From: Nannocystis bainbridge
GTDB lineage: Bacteria; Myxococcota_A; Polyangia; Nannocystales; Nannocystaceae
Direction of reading: 5' to 3'
Assembly (NCBI RefSeq): GCF_028368995.1
Contig: NZ_JAQNDL010000001.1
Location: forward strand, 1,440,001 to 1,504,000
Length of the DNA: 64,000 bases
The position numbers and the translations under genes are program-made. Positions 28,155-40,921 of this stretch are shown piece by piece. How positions within the stretch are numbered: position 1 is the stretch's first letter; each line of letters begins with the position of its first letter. The notes below the pieces were generated by a model. It did no database searches. It was given only the letters and a program-made list of their open reading frames with translations, and was not told the origin of the DNA.

Positions 28155-28622
28155 CTAGCCCGCCCAAGGGTCGCCCATCAGCACCCGCTCGCGCCCCGGC
28201 TGCTTCGGGGGCGGCTTGACCGGCTTCGGCGGGCTCGGCTCCGGCGCCGCACCGACGGACGCCGCGCCGTCGGGGATCACCGGCACCGGCCTGGCGAGCG
28301 CCGGGACCTCCGATTCGACCGCGGGCGCGAGCCGCTGCGCCTCCGGGGTGTGAGGAGCGCAGGCCGCCAGCACCATCGCCGTCACCGCCGGAACGAGCCG
28401 CGGCGGCTCGCGGCGGAACACCGCGAACCCGTCCTCGTCGACCCGCACGCGCACGCACGGCCGCGGCCCCGCGGGCGACCGAAGCAGGCGCTCCGCCTCG
28501 CGCGCGGACAGGGCGGTCAGATCGTGCACCTCGCGGCGACATGTCTGACAGCGCCGCCCGACCGCCGTCGATTCCATCGTGTCCCAGTTAGCATCGCAGG
28601 GCTCGAGGACGCGAAGACGCAT
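28155..28622 (-). CDS. Hypothetical protein with Cys-rich N-terminal domain and internal lipobox-like segment
   Basis: LRVLEPCDANWDTM...RRCQTCRREVHDLT...PCVRV, then VLAAC and a Pro-rich tail ending LMGD. Confidence 0.72.
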   Translation of the reverse strand: MRLRVLEPCDANWDTMESTAVGRRCQTCRREVHDLTALSAREAERLLRSPAGPRPCVRVRVDEDGFAVFRREPPRLVPAVTAMVLAACAPHTPEAQRLAPAVESEVPALARPVPVIPDGAASVGAAPEPSPPKPVKPPPKQPGRERVLMGDPWAG

Positions 28623-28929
28623 GCCCTCGCTTCGTACGTCCGACCGACTCCGCCGATCTCCGCGAGCGAGCCCGGGCGCCCGCCCCCGCGCCTGCCCTCC
28701 CCGCCTCGTCGCATTCCGCCCTTCCTCCCATTTCGCGTCACCGCGTGCGCCGACCACTCCCACCATTCGCCGCCCAGCGGTCCCAACCGTGCGCGGGGCC
28801 GGGTGCGAATCCACGTTCTGCGGGTAACCCCTCGCCGTACCTCCCGCCTGCGGGGTCCGCGTTCGCAATCACCAACCGCCCGAAACTGCCCGCGCGCATC
28901 GTCATCCGCCTCGATATACTCGCTCGCTG

Positions 28930-31881
<2,952 letters not shown>

Positions 31882-32293
31882 AGGACATCCCGACCCGCGC
31901 TGCGTAGCGCGCGTCGCCACATTCGTCGTGGCTCGGACAGATCCCGCGGCATTGCGTGGGTGCACGCAGGCGACATCATCGCGAGCCTCGCTCTCGAAAC
32001 GATCCGGTTCCGTGGCGTCGTCACCGTCACAGCAATTGGGTGACGGCCCCATCCGCCCCGGGATCGAGGTCACTCGTCGCCTCGTCCGCGGCGGATGAGG
32101 ACACGCATCGAGTCCCATGAAACTCGCGGCCGGGAGTCGAAGCAGCCGCGCATCCGCTTACCGTCCGCTCTCCCGTTCGGACTACCAACGTCCGCCCGCA
32201 GCCTCGTGGTGAAGGGCCCGGTCGGCTCCGAGCGCCCGACCCTCGGCGACCTCGCCATTGCGCCCCGGGGCCGTTGTTTGCGACCCTCGCGGC

Positions 32294-33274
32294 ATGCTCC
32301 GCCGCCTCGTCGCCCTCCTCGCCGCCTCCGGTCTCGCCTGCGCCGGCGAGGCGGCCAAGTCGGTCGCTCCCGAGGTCGCCGCGCCGCCGCCCGTCGCGCC
32401 GCCCGCACCTGCATCACCTGTCCCCGAGGACAGCCAGCCGCCCGCGCTCGAGAAGACCAGCGTCGCGGTCGACGGTCACAGCATCGCCGTGCACGTCAAG
32501 CGCCCCGCGGCGCCGTGGGGCGCGATCGTCCTGGTCCACGGCCGCACCTGGAGCGCCCTGCCCGACTTCGACCTGCAGGTGCCCGGCGCGCGCGTCTCGT
32601 TGATGGACAACCTCGCCGCCGAGGGCCTGGCGGTCTATGCCGTCGACCTGCGCGGCTACGGGGCCACCGCGCGCGACCCCAGCGGCTACACCGACCCGAT
32701 CCAGGCCGCCGACGATCTCGCCGCCGTCGCTCGCCTCGCGGGCACCGGGCTGCCGACCCGGCCCGCCGTGCTCGGCTGGTCGCTCGGCGCCCGGGTCGCA
32801 GCGCTCGCCGCCGAGCGCCACGACGACGCCATCGGCCCGCTGATCCTCTACGGCTCGCCGTGCCCGCCCAAGACCCCGCCGCCCGCCAAGCCTCCGGCGC
32901 CGCCGGCCAAGACCAGCAACACCGAGGCCGCCGCGCGCTCCGACTTCATCACCCCCGACACGCTCGAGCCCGGGGTCGCCGACGCCTTCGCCGCCGCAGC
33001 CCTGGCCGCCGACCCGGTCAAGGCCGACTGGCGCGACCTCCACGTGTGGGCCGACTTCGCCCGCCTCTCCACGCCGGTGCTGGCGATCCACGGCGACCGC
33101 GACCCGGTCGTCACGCCGGCGTGCCTGCAAGAGCGGCTGGCGCAGGTCCCCGGCGGCGCCCAGATCGAGGTCCTCGCCGGCTACGACCACGCGGCCCACC
33201 TCGAGCGCGCGGCCCCGCAGTTCGTCGCCGCCGTGGTCGGCTTCCTCCGCAAGCACAGCGCCCCGCGCGGCTGA
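32294..33274 (+). CDS. Alpha/beta hydrolase lipoprotein
   Basis: Lipobox GLAC; LVHG, DLRGYG, GWSLG nucleophile elbow, HGDRD, GYDHAAHLE. Confidence 0.9.
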   Translation: MLRRLVALLAASGLACAGEAAKSVAPEVAAPPPVAPPAPASPVPEDSQPPALEKTSVAVDGHSIAVHVKRPAAPWGAIVLVHGRTWSALPDFDLQVPGARVSLMDNLAAEGLAVYAVDLRGYGATARDPSGYTDPIQAADDLAAVARLAGTGLPTRPAVLGWSLGARVAALAAERHDDAIGPLILYGSPCPPKTPPPAKPPAPPAKTSNTEAAARSDFITPDTLEPGVADAFAAAALAADPVKADWRDLHVWADFARLSTPVLAIHGDRDPVVTPACLQERLAQVPGGAQIEVLAGYDHAAHLERAAPQFVAAVVGFLRKHSAPRG

Positions 33275-33291
33275 CCACGCGGATTTGAGCG

Positions 33292-33313
33292 CACATGTCC
33301 TTCAGGACATGTG
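33292..33313. repeat. Extended palindrome containing a perfect TGTCC-N4-GGACA
   Basis: CACATGTCC-TTCA-GGACATGTG. Confidence 0.8.
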
Positions 33314-33448
33314 ATTCCTCGGCGACGCTCGACCTCCCCGGCTCCAGCGAGACACCGACCGAAACTCTGCCACCGCGCCGTCCTGCTCCGACAAGACAAC
33401 GACCGACCCCTGCCACCGCGCCGTTCGCCCGGGTACCCTCGATCACCG

Positions 33449-34474
33449 ATGCGACTCCTGCTGCTCCTCGGCGCCCTCGTCGCCTGCACCCCCGCGATCC
33501 CGGAGCCGATCTGGGAGGGCGAGTTCCTCCACTACAGCACGACCATCGACGCGCCGGTCTGTCGCGGCTCGTTCGTCCTCCAGGAGCGCCACGCCGTCGA
33601 GGTGGCGGCCCTGATGGGCTTCGAGTTGCCCGAGGTGATCCACTTCACCCGCATCAAGCAGCGGCAGGTCCGCAAGTACTGCCGACAGCGCGCTCGCGGG
33701 TGCGCCTGGGACGACGCGCCCTACGCGTTCTTCGCCGAGAGCAGCTTCAACTTCCACGAGCTCACCCACGTCGTCGCCAACCTCGGCGGCCTGTCCGGAC
33801 CGAGAGCCTTCAACGAGGGGCTCGCCGAGGTCTTCGCGGACACCTCGGCCTCCATCCTCAGCGGCACCCCGCTCGCCCGGGTGCTCCACGGCGACATCGA
33901 CGATATCGCCGACTATCACACCGCCGGCCGGTTCGTCCGCTTCCTGATCGAGCGCCACGATCTCTCGGTGTTCGTCGAGTTCATGCGCTCGACCTGGCGC
34001 GAGGCCGAGTTCGACGAGTTCGCCCCGATCTTCGCCGAGGTGTTCGGCGAGCCGATCGAGGACGCGATGGCCGACTTCGCCGACTATCCGAGCTGCAGCA
34101 GCACGAGCAACCGGATCGCCGTGCTCGACTGCAACCTGCCGCTGCAGCCGTGGGACGGCGCGACGCTGTCCCTCACCGCGAACCTCGCGTGCGACCAGGC
34201 CGACGTGCTCGGCCCCGACAGGCACGGCCTGATGTTCACGAGCCGCGGCTTCGAGATCGCGCAAGAAGGCACCTACCGCATCACGCCATCCGCGTCGTCC
34301 GAATGGGCGCTCTTCAGGATCATCCGCTGCGGCTCGTGCTGGGACGATCTCGAGATCGGTATCATGCCCGGGACGACCGAGGAGCTCGTACTCCCGCCCG
34401 GCCGCTACTACGCGCAGTTCGGCCGCAGGACCCGCGAGCCCGCCGAGCTCGGCCTGCAGATCGAGCAGCGCTGA
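33449..34474 (+). CDS. Lipoprotein with gluzincin-like zinc peptidase motif
   Basis: Lipobox LVAC; HELTH followed by FNEGLAE; GRFVRFLIE. Confidence 0.78.
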   Translation: MRLLLLLGALVACTPAIPEPIWEGEFLHYSTTIDAPVCRGSFVLQERHAVEVAALMGFELPEVIHFTRIKQRQVRKYCRQRARGCAWDDAPYAFFAESSFNFHELTHVVANLGGLSGPRAFNEGLAEVFADTSASILSGTPLARVLHGDIDDIADYHTAGRFVRFLIERHDLSVFVEFMRSTWREAEFDEFAPIFAEVFGEPIEDAMADFADYPSCSSTSNRIAVLDCNLPLQPWDGATLSLTANLACDQADVLGPDRHGLMFTSRGFEIAQEGTYRITPSASSEWALFRIIRCGSCWDDLEIGIMPGTTEELVLPPGRYYAQFGRRTREPAELGLQIEQR

Positions 34475-34596
34475 CGACCGCGCATCGACCTGCCTCGCAA
34501 AGGTTGCAGTACGGCGCTCGAATGGCGTTCACGCGACCATGCACGCGCCGCGCTTGGCCATGCCTCGCCACGCCTGTACCCTGCTCGCGGGTCGCC

Positions 34597-35274
34597 ATGC
34601 CTCGAAGCTCTCGTCTTGCATTGGTCCTCGCAGCGCGCCTCGGCTCGGCGCTCGCCTTCTCGCTCGCCGCCTGTCGCCCCGCCGAGAGCGCCGCGCCGCC
34701 GAGCCCCGCGCCCGAGCCGCCCGCGGCCGCCGCGCCGGCCAGCGCCACCCCTCCCGGCCAGGCGGCGAGCCCCGAGTCCCCGCCAGCCACCAGCGCCCCT
34801 GCCGACGCGACCTCGTCCGCCGCGCCTTCCCGGCCCGCTGGCGCCGCGCCTTCGGCTTCGTCTTCGACCGGCAGCCTGCCTTCCGCCGATCCCGGCGCCG
34901 CCGATCCGCTGCGCAGCTCGGGCCACTTCGTGGCCACCGACAGCCCTGCCGGCAGCTGGCGCACCGACCTGCCTGGCAGCCTCGACAAGGACGTCGTCCG
35001 CCGCGTCGTCCGCAGCGGCATCGCCGGCGTCCGCGACTGCTACACGGCCGGCCTGGCCCACACCCCGACCCTCGCCGGGCGCGTCACGATCCAGTTCACG
35101 ATCGGCGGCGACGGCGTGGTGAAGCTGGCGGTGGTCCAGGACTCGACCCTCCCCGCCGCCGGCCAGGCGGTCGCCGAATGCATCGCCGGCGTCGCCGCGG
35201 GCTGGCGCTTCCCTCCGCCCGAGGGCGGCGGCATCGTCATCGTCAGCTACCCATTCGTGCTCGAGCCCGAATAG
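34597..35274 (+). CDS. Lipoprotein with AgmX/PglI (TonB-C-like) C-terminal domain
   Basis: LAAC lipobox, Pro/Ala linker, GSLDKDVVRRVVR...RDCY...GRVTIQFTIG...CI...WRFPPPEGGGIVIVSYPF. Confidence 0.88.
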   Translation: MPRSSRLALVLAARLGSALAFSLAACRPAESAAPPSPAPEPPAAAAPASATPPGQAASPESPPATSAPADATSSAAPSRPAGAAPSASSSTGSLPSADPGAADPLRSSGHFVATDSPAGSWRTDLPGSLDKDVVRRVVRSGIAGVRDCYTAGLAHTPTLAGRVTIQFTIGGDGVVKLAVVQDSTLPAAGQAVAECIAGVAAGWRFPPPEGGGIVIVSYPFVLEPE

Positions 35275-35328
35275 CGGCAGAGCCGGCCCGCGGCGGGCTC
35301 GATCCGGGCTCCGCTCGTCCTCGCGGCT

Positions 35329-36462
35329 TCACGCGCCCTGCCACACCGGCAGGTAGCCCCGCCGGCGGATCATCGCCGCCACGGCCCGGGGCGGGCGTTC
35401 GTCGGCGATGTGGAACTGCTCGCCGGGCTGCTCGCGCACGGGTGTCCATTCGTCCTGTGCGAAATCACTGTAGCCGCCCGGCTCGGTGCTCGCGCCGGCG
35501 CTCATCGTCGTCACGCCGATCGTCACCATGCGGTCGCGCAGCGGCGCCGACTCGCGGGTCGACACGACGATGTCGGCCGCGGGCAAGAACAGCCGCAGCG
35601 CGCAGACGATCGCCAAAAATTCTTCGTCGTTCGGCACGTACTGCGGGTCGGGCTGGAACGCGCCGGCCGCCGGCCGCAAGCGCGGCAGGCTGATCGCAAG
35701 CTGCACTTCGGGGCAGGTGCGCCGCAGGTGATCGGCGTGCGCCGCCAGCGACAGCGCCTCGAAGCGGAAATCTTGGAGCCCGTACAGCGCGCCGATCCCG
35801 AGGCGGCGAAACCCGCCGGCCAGGCCCCGCTCCGGCGCGTCCAGGCGCCACGCGTAGCGCTTCTTCGGCCCCGCCGTATGGACCGCGCGGTACGTCGGCT
35901 CGTGGTAGGTCTCCTGATACACCACCAGCCCGGCGCAGCCGGCCGCCACCATCGGCACATAGGCCTGGCTCTCGAGCGGACCGATCTCGATCGAAACCTC
36001 GGGCATGATCGGCAGCACCGCGCGGATCACCGCCTCGACGTACCCGTTCGACACGAACTTCGGATGCTCGCCGGCGACGATCAGCAGCGAGCCGATGCCG
36101 CGCGCCCGCAACGCTTGGACCTCGCGCACCGCCTGCTCGCCCGCGATCGTGATCCGCGGGATCGGGTTGGTGCGCGAGAAACCGCAGTAGGAGCAGACGT
36201 TGACGCACTCGTTCGAAAGATAGAGCGGCGCGAACAGGCGGATCGAGCGCCCGAAATGGCGCTGCGCGAGCTCGCCGGAGCGCGCGGCCACGGCCGGCAA
36301 GCGCTCGATCGCCGCCGGCGACAGCAGCGCCGCGACCTCCTCGAGGCTCTCGGCGTGCCCGCGGCGGAGGATCGGCTCGAGCTCCGCCGGCGTGGTAGCG
36401 AGCGAGCGCGCGACCCACGCGGCGATGGGCAAGGTCGGATAAACGGTGGAGAACGTCGGCAT
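35329..36462 (-). CDS. thiH: 2-iminoacetate synthase ThiH-like radical SAM enzyme
   Basis: FAPLYLSNECVNVCSYCGF (CxxxCxxC), YQETY, GIGALYGL, SLPRLRP, STRE, MSAGASTEPGGY, QFHIADER. Confidence 0.85.
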   Translation of the reverse strand: MPTFSTVYPTLPIAAWVARSLATTPAELEPILRRGHAESLEEVAALLSPAAIERLPAVAARSGELAQRHFGRSIRLFAPLYLSNECVNVCSYCGFSRTNPIPRITIAGEQAVREVQALRARGIGSLLIVAGEHPKFVSNGYVEAVIRAVLPIMPEVSIEIGPLESQAYVPMVAAGCAGLVVYQETYHEPTYRAVHTAGPKKRYAWRLDAPERGLAGGFRRLGIGALYGLQDFRFEALSLAAHADHLRRTCPEVQLAISLPRLRPAAGAFQPDPQYVPNDEEFLAIVCALRLFLPAADIVVSTRESAPLRDRMVTIGVTTMSAGASTEPGGYSDFAQDEWTPVREQPGEQFHIADERPPRAVAAMIRRRGYLPVWQGA

Positions 36463-36807
36463 GGCGTTTGTCTCTGCGAACGAGAGATGATGGGCGCTCA
36501 CCGCGGGCCCTGCAGGATTCGACGCGCAGGCGAAGTCATATGTCCCCGAGGACATGTGCGACGATCGAGCCCAGCCTTGGCGGAGGCGTCCGCGGGCGCT
36601 CACCCTGTGCATTCGCGGCGGCATCGCGCGAGCTGCCGTGGTTGTGCCGCCCAAAGATCAGGTGTCCTGCGACCGCGATTCAATTGCCCCGGTGCCCGAT
36701 TTATCGCCGAACCCGGGCAGCGCCTTCTCCGGGACGAACCCGCCGATCCCACAACGCGCACGCAACGGCATGCGACCGCAGACCGCCGCCCCTCGCCCGA
36801 CCCTGCA

Positions 36808-37764
36808 TCAGCGCATGCGACGATCGCCGCGGCACGCCCGAGCCTCCGTATACACCCCGGCCTCCGGCAGCTCGGCCTCGATGAACGTGCGCCCCTTCAC
36901 CGCCAATTCGAGCGCCGCCAGTTGGGCGCCGAGCACATCCGGCGGACACGGGGCGCTGCAGTCCACGCTGTCACCCCCGCGCACGAAGCTCCCCATCGAC
37001 CCGGCCATGGCCATGTTCGGACCTTGCGGATACGCCGTCAGGCGGCTGCAACGGCTGCAGCGACGTGGTTGACCGTCGACGCACTGCTCCTCCCGCACGC
37101 TCGCCTCGCTGCACACGATCTTCAGCGTGTACGCGGCAGCGCCGAAGTACGCGGCCCCCGCCTTGACCTCGAAGGCGGGCCCGTCGGCCAGCGTGGCGAA
37201 CGACCCGAGCCCGAACTCGCCGTCCGGCTGCCAGCGACCGCGAGCGTCGCGTTCGAACGCCTCGCCGTGCGGCCCTGTGGTGATGATCCCACGCTCGGTG
37301 ATGTCGACGCCCTCGTAGCGCACGGTCTTCCGGGTGCCCGCGACCGTGGCGACCTCGCGCGCGCGACCGAAGAACCCGTCGTCTTCCCACCCGCCACGCA
37401 CCGCGAAGCAGCGGTCGCCGCGGGCCCGCACCCACAGCCTCGTGCGAGCGCCGACGAGCCGGCGGAACTCCGCCCACCGCTCCTCCTCGTCCCCCGCCTC
37501 CCGGTGCTCCGCCAGCTCCGGCAACGTCGCCACCGCCCAAGCCCAGCGCGCCGACACCTCCATCGCCTCGACCTCGGCGAGCAGCCGCGACGACTCGCTC
37601 ACCGCCTCCGCCGGCTGCGGCTCAGGCGCGAGCGCCGGTTCGGCTTCCACCACCACCGCTACAGCCGGCTCCGAGGGCGGAGGCACCGGCATCGCCGCCC
37701 CGGCCGGCGCGCGCGCGCACGCCAGCAGGACCGCAGGAGCGACGAGGACCAGGCCAGCTCGCAT
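36808..37764 (-). CDS. Hypothetical lipoprotein with Cys-rich C-terminus
   Basis: MRAGLVLVAPAVLLAC lipobox; codon bias. Confidence 0.68.
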   Translation of the reverse strand: MRAGLVLVAPAVLLACARAPAGAAMPVPPPSEPAVAVVVEAEPALAPEPQPAEAVSESSRLLAEVEAMEVSARWAWAVATLPELAEHREAGDEEERWAEFRRLVGARTRLWVRARGDRCFAVRGGWEDDGFFGRAREVATVAGTRKTVRYEGVDITERGIITTGPHGEAFERDARGRWQPDGEFGLGSFATLADGPAFEVKAGAAYFGAAAYTLKIVCSEASVREEQCVDGQPRRCSRCSRLTAYPQGPNMAMAGSMGSFVRGGDSVDCSAPCPPDVLGAQLAALELAVKGRTFIEAELPEAGVYTEARACRGDRRMR

Positions 37765-38380
37765 CGTCGCCCCGAACGCGGTCACGCGCCCCACTATTCC
37801 ACGAGCGGCCCACGAACGCCACCGCGAAGCGCCACCGCGAGCCCCGACGCACGCATAGGGCGGGCCGCCGGCCCCTCGCGCAGCCGCACGACGAGACTTA
37901 GAGACGTGTCTCGCAGTTCTCCAAGTGGCCGACTTTAGGCGCGTTGCGCTCACTGCATTTGCAGAGTTCCCGACCGCTCGGCACACCCACTACGGACAAA
38001 CCCGCGCGCAACGATGTTGTATGTTGAAAATGCGGAATTCCTATGCTCAGCATAAAGCGCATCCATCGTCGGCTCTATCGTTAGCGGCACGAACACGACC
38101 CTCACCTATATTACCGTGAATGATATAAAGGTACGCCCGCTGATTCCGCTCGATAGCCCTCGTACCCGAGTGCGTAGGCGATGCGTAGGCAAACCCGCCC
38201 CCCCCCGACCATGAAGGGCCCACCTCCCATTCGAGGGCAATCGGTTGCGCGCTGCCGATCGACCCGACTATTTTGAACGAAGTCGTCGAGGCCAGCTATG
38301 GGTGAGGACCGTGAGAGAAAGCTAGTCGACACTGTGGGCCGCAGCAACTCATTCATGTCTTGCCGATGTAGACATGCACC

Positions 38381-39070
38381 ATGTCCCTGGTTGCGGTGCT
38401 CGTCGCGCTAGCTCTCGCTGCTCAACCTGTTGGTGCGCCACTTCTCTGCCCCAAAAACACCACCTCGTGTGCTTCAGGGGGATGCGTACCGCTGGGTGAT
38501 GTATGTCCCTCGACGGCCGAGCTCCATCCACCTGCGCGACCTGCGCCCACCGCTGCGCTCGCACCGCTCCCTCAAGCCCAGGAAAGCGAGGTAGAGGTGT
38601 TCGACGATCCGGCGCCGGCCAAGTCGGCAGCCGAGCGCTGCGCTGACGACGAAAAATCTGAGCTCCAGCCCCGCCGTTTCAAACTCAGATTTGGTCTGGC
38701 CCTGGGGAGTACGAGTGCGTTCCTTATCTCGAGTCTCACATTCGTCTTCGCACGAAAGCCGCTCGAGACCCAGTCCCAGACTGGGTTTGCTCATGAATCC
38801 GGGGTGGACGGTGTGAATCTTCGGGTGAACTGCATGAAGGGCAAACCGTGCGGCAACAGTTGCATTTCCTGGGATAAGGAGTGCCATGTCGACGACAGCG
38901 ATGGCGTCGGCTCGCTCGGAAAGCTGACGCCAGCCGGCTGGGTCGTCGGAACCACGTTCTTTGTCATTGGTGTAGGACTGCTCGTCGCGGCCTTCGTGGC
39001 CCCGCCCAGACTCAAGCCGCGACGCGCTCAGTGTGGTCTAAGCGGATGCTCTTTGAAGTTCCAGTTCTGA
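38381..39070 (+). CDS. Hypothetical membrane protein with Cys-rich motif, in a lower-GC patch
   Basis: Signal peptide, two TM segments flanking CMKGKPCGNSCISWDKECH; atypical codon use. Confidence 0.62.
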   Translation: MSLVAVLVALALAAQPVGAPLLCPKNTTSCASGGCVPLGDVCPSTAELHPPARPAPTAALAPLPQAQESEVEVFDDPAPAKSAAERCADDEKSELQPRRFKLRFGLALGSTSAFLISSLTFVFARKPLETQSQTGFAHESGVDGVNLRVNCMKGKPCGNSCISWDKECHVDDSDGVGSLGKLTPAGWVVGTTFFVIGVGLLVAAFVAPPRLKPRRAQCGLSGCSLKFQF

Positions 39071-39218
39071 CCCTCACTACTCTGTGAGCCGCTCGCGCTC
39101 ACCATGCGTCGCCACAATGCCGTCACCGACGACAGCTCACTCACGGTGAACCTCTCCGAGCTCCGGAGACGCCGCACGCGGAACAAGGAACGAGGACGAA
39201 CGCATACACATCCCCGCC

Positions 39219-40151
39219 TCACCCCGGCGCGCGCGGCGGCTTCGGCAGGCACCCTGGCCACACCGACAGGAACTTCTGCAGCGTCGCCACGAAGCTGCTG
39301 AGGCGCGCCGGCACGTGGCGGCTCCTCGCATAGACCGCGTACATCTGCTCCACCGCCGGGCAGTAGCTGTCGAGCACCGGCACCACCCGGCCCTCCGAGA
39401 TCGCCGGCGCCGCCAGGTACTCCGGCAGCCGGGCGATCCCGCAGCCTGACACCGCCAGGTCGCGGATCAGCGGCCAGCTGTTGGCGGTCGCGTGGCGGTG
39501 CACGATCGCCGGGCGGGCCGAGCCCTTCGAGAAGCGCCACGTCGTCGCCTCGCGGCGCGTGCCCATCACCAGGCACACGTGCTTCGCCAGCTCGCGCGGG
39601 TGCGTCGGCGCGCCGCGGCGCGCCAGGTACTCCGGGCTCGCCACCAGGCGGTACTTCGCCGGCGCCCCGAGCTTGCGCGCCACCAGCGACGCGCTCGCGG
39701 CCGGCTCGGCCTGGATCACCACGTCGAAGCCGTCGCGCAGCGGGTCGAGCTGCCCGGCGCACAGCTCGATCTCCACCTCGACGTGCGGGTGTTCGCGGGC
39801 GAACTGGCCGAGCACGCGCCCCAGCACCCCCTCGCCGAAGCCGCCCGGCGCGGCGATCCGCAGGCGACCGCGCGCCTCCCCGCGCGCCTCGGCGATCGTG
39901 CGCTCGGCCTCGGTGACCACGTCGAGGCCGGCGCGGACCTGCTCGAAGTACCGCTGGCCCTCGTCGGTGAGGCGCACGCGCCGGGTCGTGCGCTCGAACA
40001 GGCGGGTCCCCAGCCGCTCCTCGAGCCGGCTGACCTGGACGCTGACCGTCGACACCGGCGCCGCCAGGGCCAGCGCGGCCGCGCGGAAGCTGCCGGCCTC
40101 GGCGACGCGGACGAACGCCTCGACGGCGGCGAAGTCGGGGCGGCTGTTCAT
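39219..40151 (-). CDS. LysR family transcriptional regulator (CrgA-like)
   Basis: FVRVAEAGSFRAAA...LEERLGTRLFERTTRRVRLTDEG; VASPEYL. Confidence 0.95.
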   Translation of the reverse strand: MNSRPDFAAVEAFVRVAEAGSFRAAALALAAPVSTVSVQVSRLEERLGTRLFERTTRRVRLTDEGQRYFEQVRAGLDVVTEAERTIAEARGEARGRLRIAAPGGFGEGVLGRVLGQFAREHPHVEVEIELCAGQLDPLRDGFDVVIQAEPAASASLVARKLGAPAKYRLVASPEYLARRGAPTHPRELAKHVCLVMGTRREATTWRFSKGSARPAIVHRHATANSWPLIRDLAVSGCGIARLPEYLAAPAISEGRVVPVLDSYCPAVEQMYAVYARSRHVPARLSSFVATLQKFLSVWPGCLPKPPRAPG

Positions 40152-40216
40152 GGCCGTGAACAGATTGATCAATCGCCCGGGATTGTTCAAGCGCCGCGGG
40201 CGGCGTAGATCGGGGC

Positions 40217-40840
40217 ATGACCACCGAAGCGCTGCGACTCTACTACTACCCCGGCGTGTGCTCCCTCGCCCCGCACATCGCCCTGCGCGAGGCCGGCGCG
40301 ACCTTCGAGCTGGCGCGCGTCGACCTGCGCACCCGCAAGACCGAGGCCGGCGAAGATTTCGCGGCCGTCAACCCCAAGGGCTACGTCCCGGCCCTGCGGC
40401 TGCCCGACGGCGAGGTGCTGACCGAGACCGCCGTGCTGCTGCAGTACGTCGCCGACACCTGGCCCGAGGCCGGGCTCGCGCCGCTCCACGGCGGGCTGGA
40501 GCGGGTCCGCTTCGACGAGCGGCTGATCTTCATCGCCACCGAGCTGCACAAGGGCTTCGCCCCGTTCACGATCATGCCGAACGCCGGCGACGAGGCCAAG
40601 CGCTGGGCGTCCCAGCGGCTGACCGCGCGCGTCGAGCTGCTGGCGCGCGACCTCGGCGAGCGGCCGTTCTTCCACGGCGACGCGTTCACGGTGCTCGACG
40701 CCTACGCCTTCTTCGCGCTGCGCGTCTACCCCAAGCTGTTCGCCGCCGAGCTGCCGGCCAACCTCGCCGCCTTCCAGGCCCGCGTCGCCGCGCGGCCCGC
40801 GGTGGTCGCCGCGTTCGCGGCCGAGGGGCTCAAGGCGTAG
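40217..40840 (+). CDS. Glutathione S-transferase (beta class, GstA-like)
   Basis: LYYYPGVCSLAPHIALRE, NPKGYVPAL, TELHKGF; divergent from the LysR gene. Confidence 0.93.
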   Translation: MTTEALRLYYYPGVCSLAPHIALREAGATFELARVDLRTRKTEAGEDFAAVNPKGYVPALRLPDGEVLTETAVLLQYVADTWPEAGLAPLHGGLERVRFDERLIFIATELHKGFAPFTIMPNAGDEAKRWASQRLTARVELLARDLGERPFFHGDAFTVLDAYAFFALRVYPKLFAAELPANLAAFQARVAARPAVVAAFAAEGLKA

Positions 40841-40921
40841 CGGTCCCGGCCCGTGGTGACGATGTAAATGGACGGCCGCGTCGGTCGGTGGCGACGACCC
40901 GTCGGTACGACGAGAGGGCCT

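Noticed and set aside
33292-33313. Treating the GGACATGTCC-type palindromes as intrinsic terminators or as p53-like sites
   Set aside because: Stems are short, lack U-tracts and occur inside ORFs and upstream of genes. The similarity to the eukaryotic p53 half-site is taken as coincidental.
36630-36720. TPP riboswitch upstream of thiH (ACCTGATC on the minus strand)
   Set aside because: Only a short match; the CTGAGA element and the TAATGCC..GCG.AGG region of the aptamer are absent.
37941-37956. GCGTTGCGCTCACTGC, identical to a lacI/pUC vector stretch
   Set aside because: Only 16 bp and the flanks do not continue the vector sequence; most likely coincidence.
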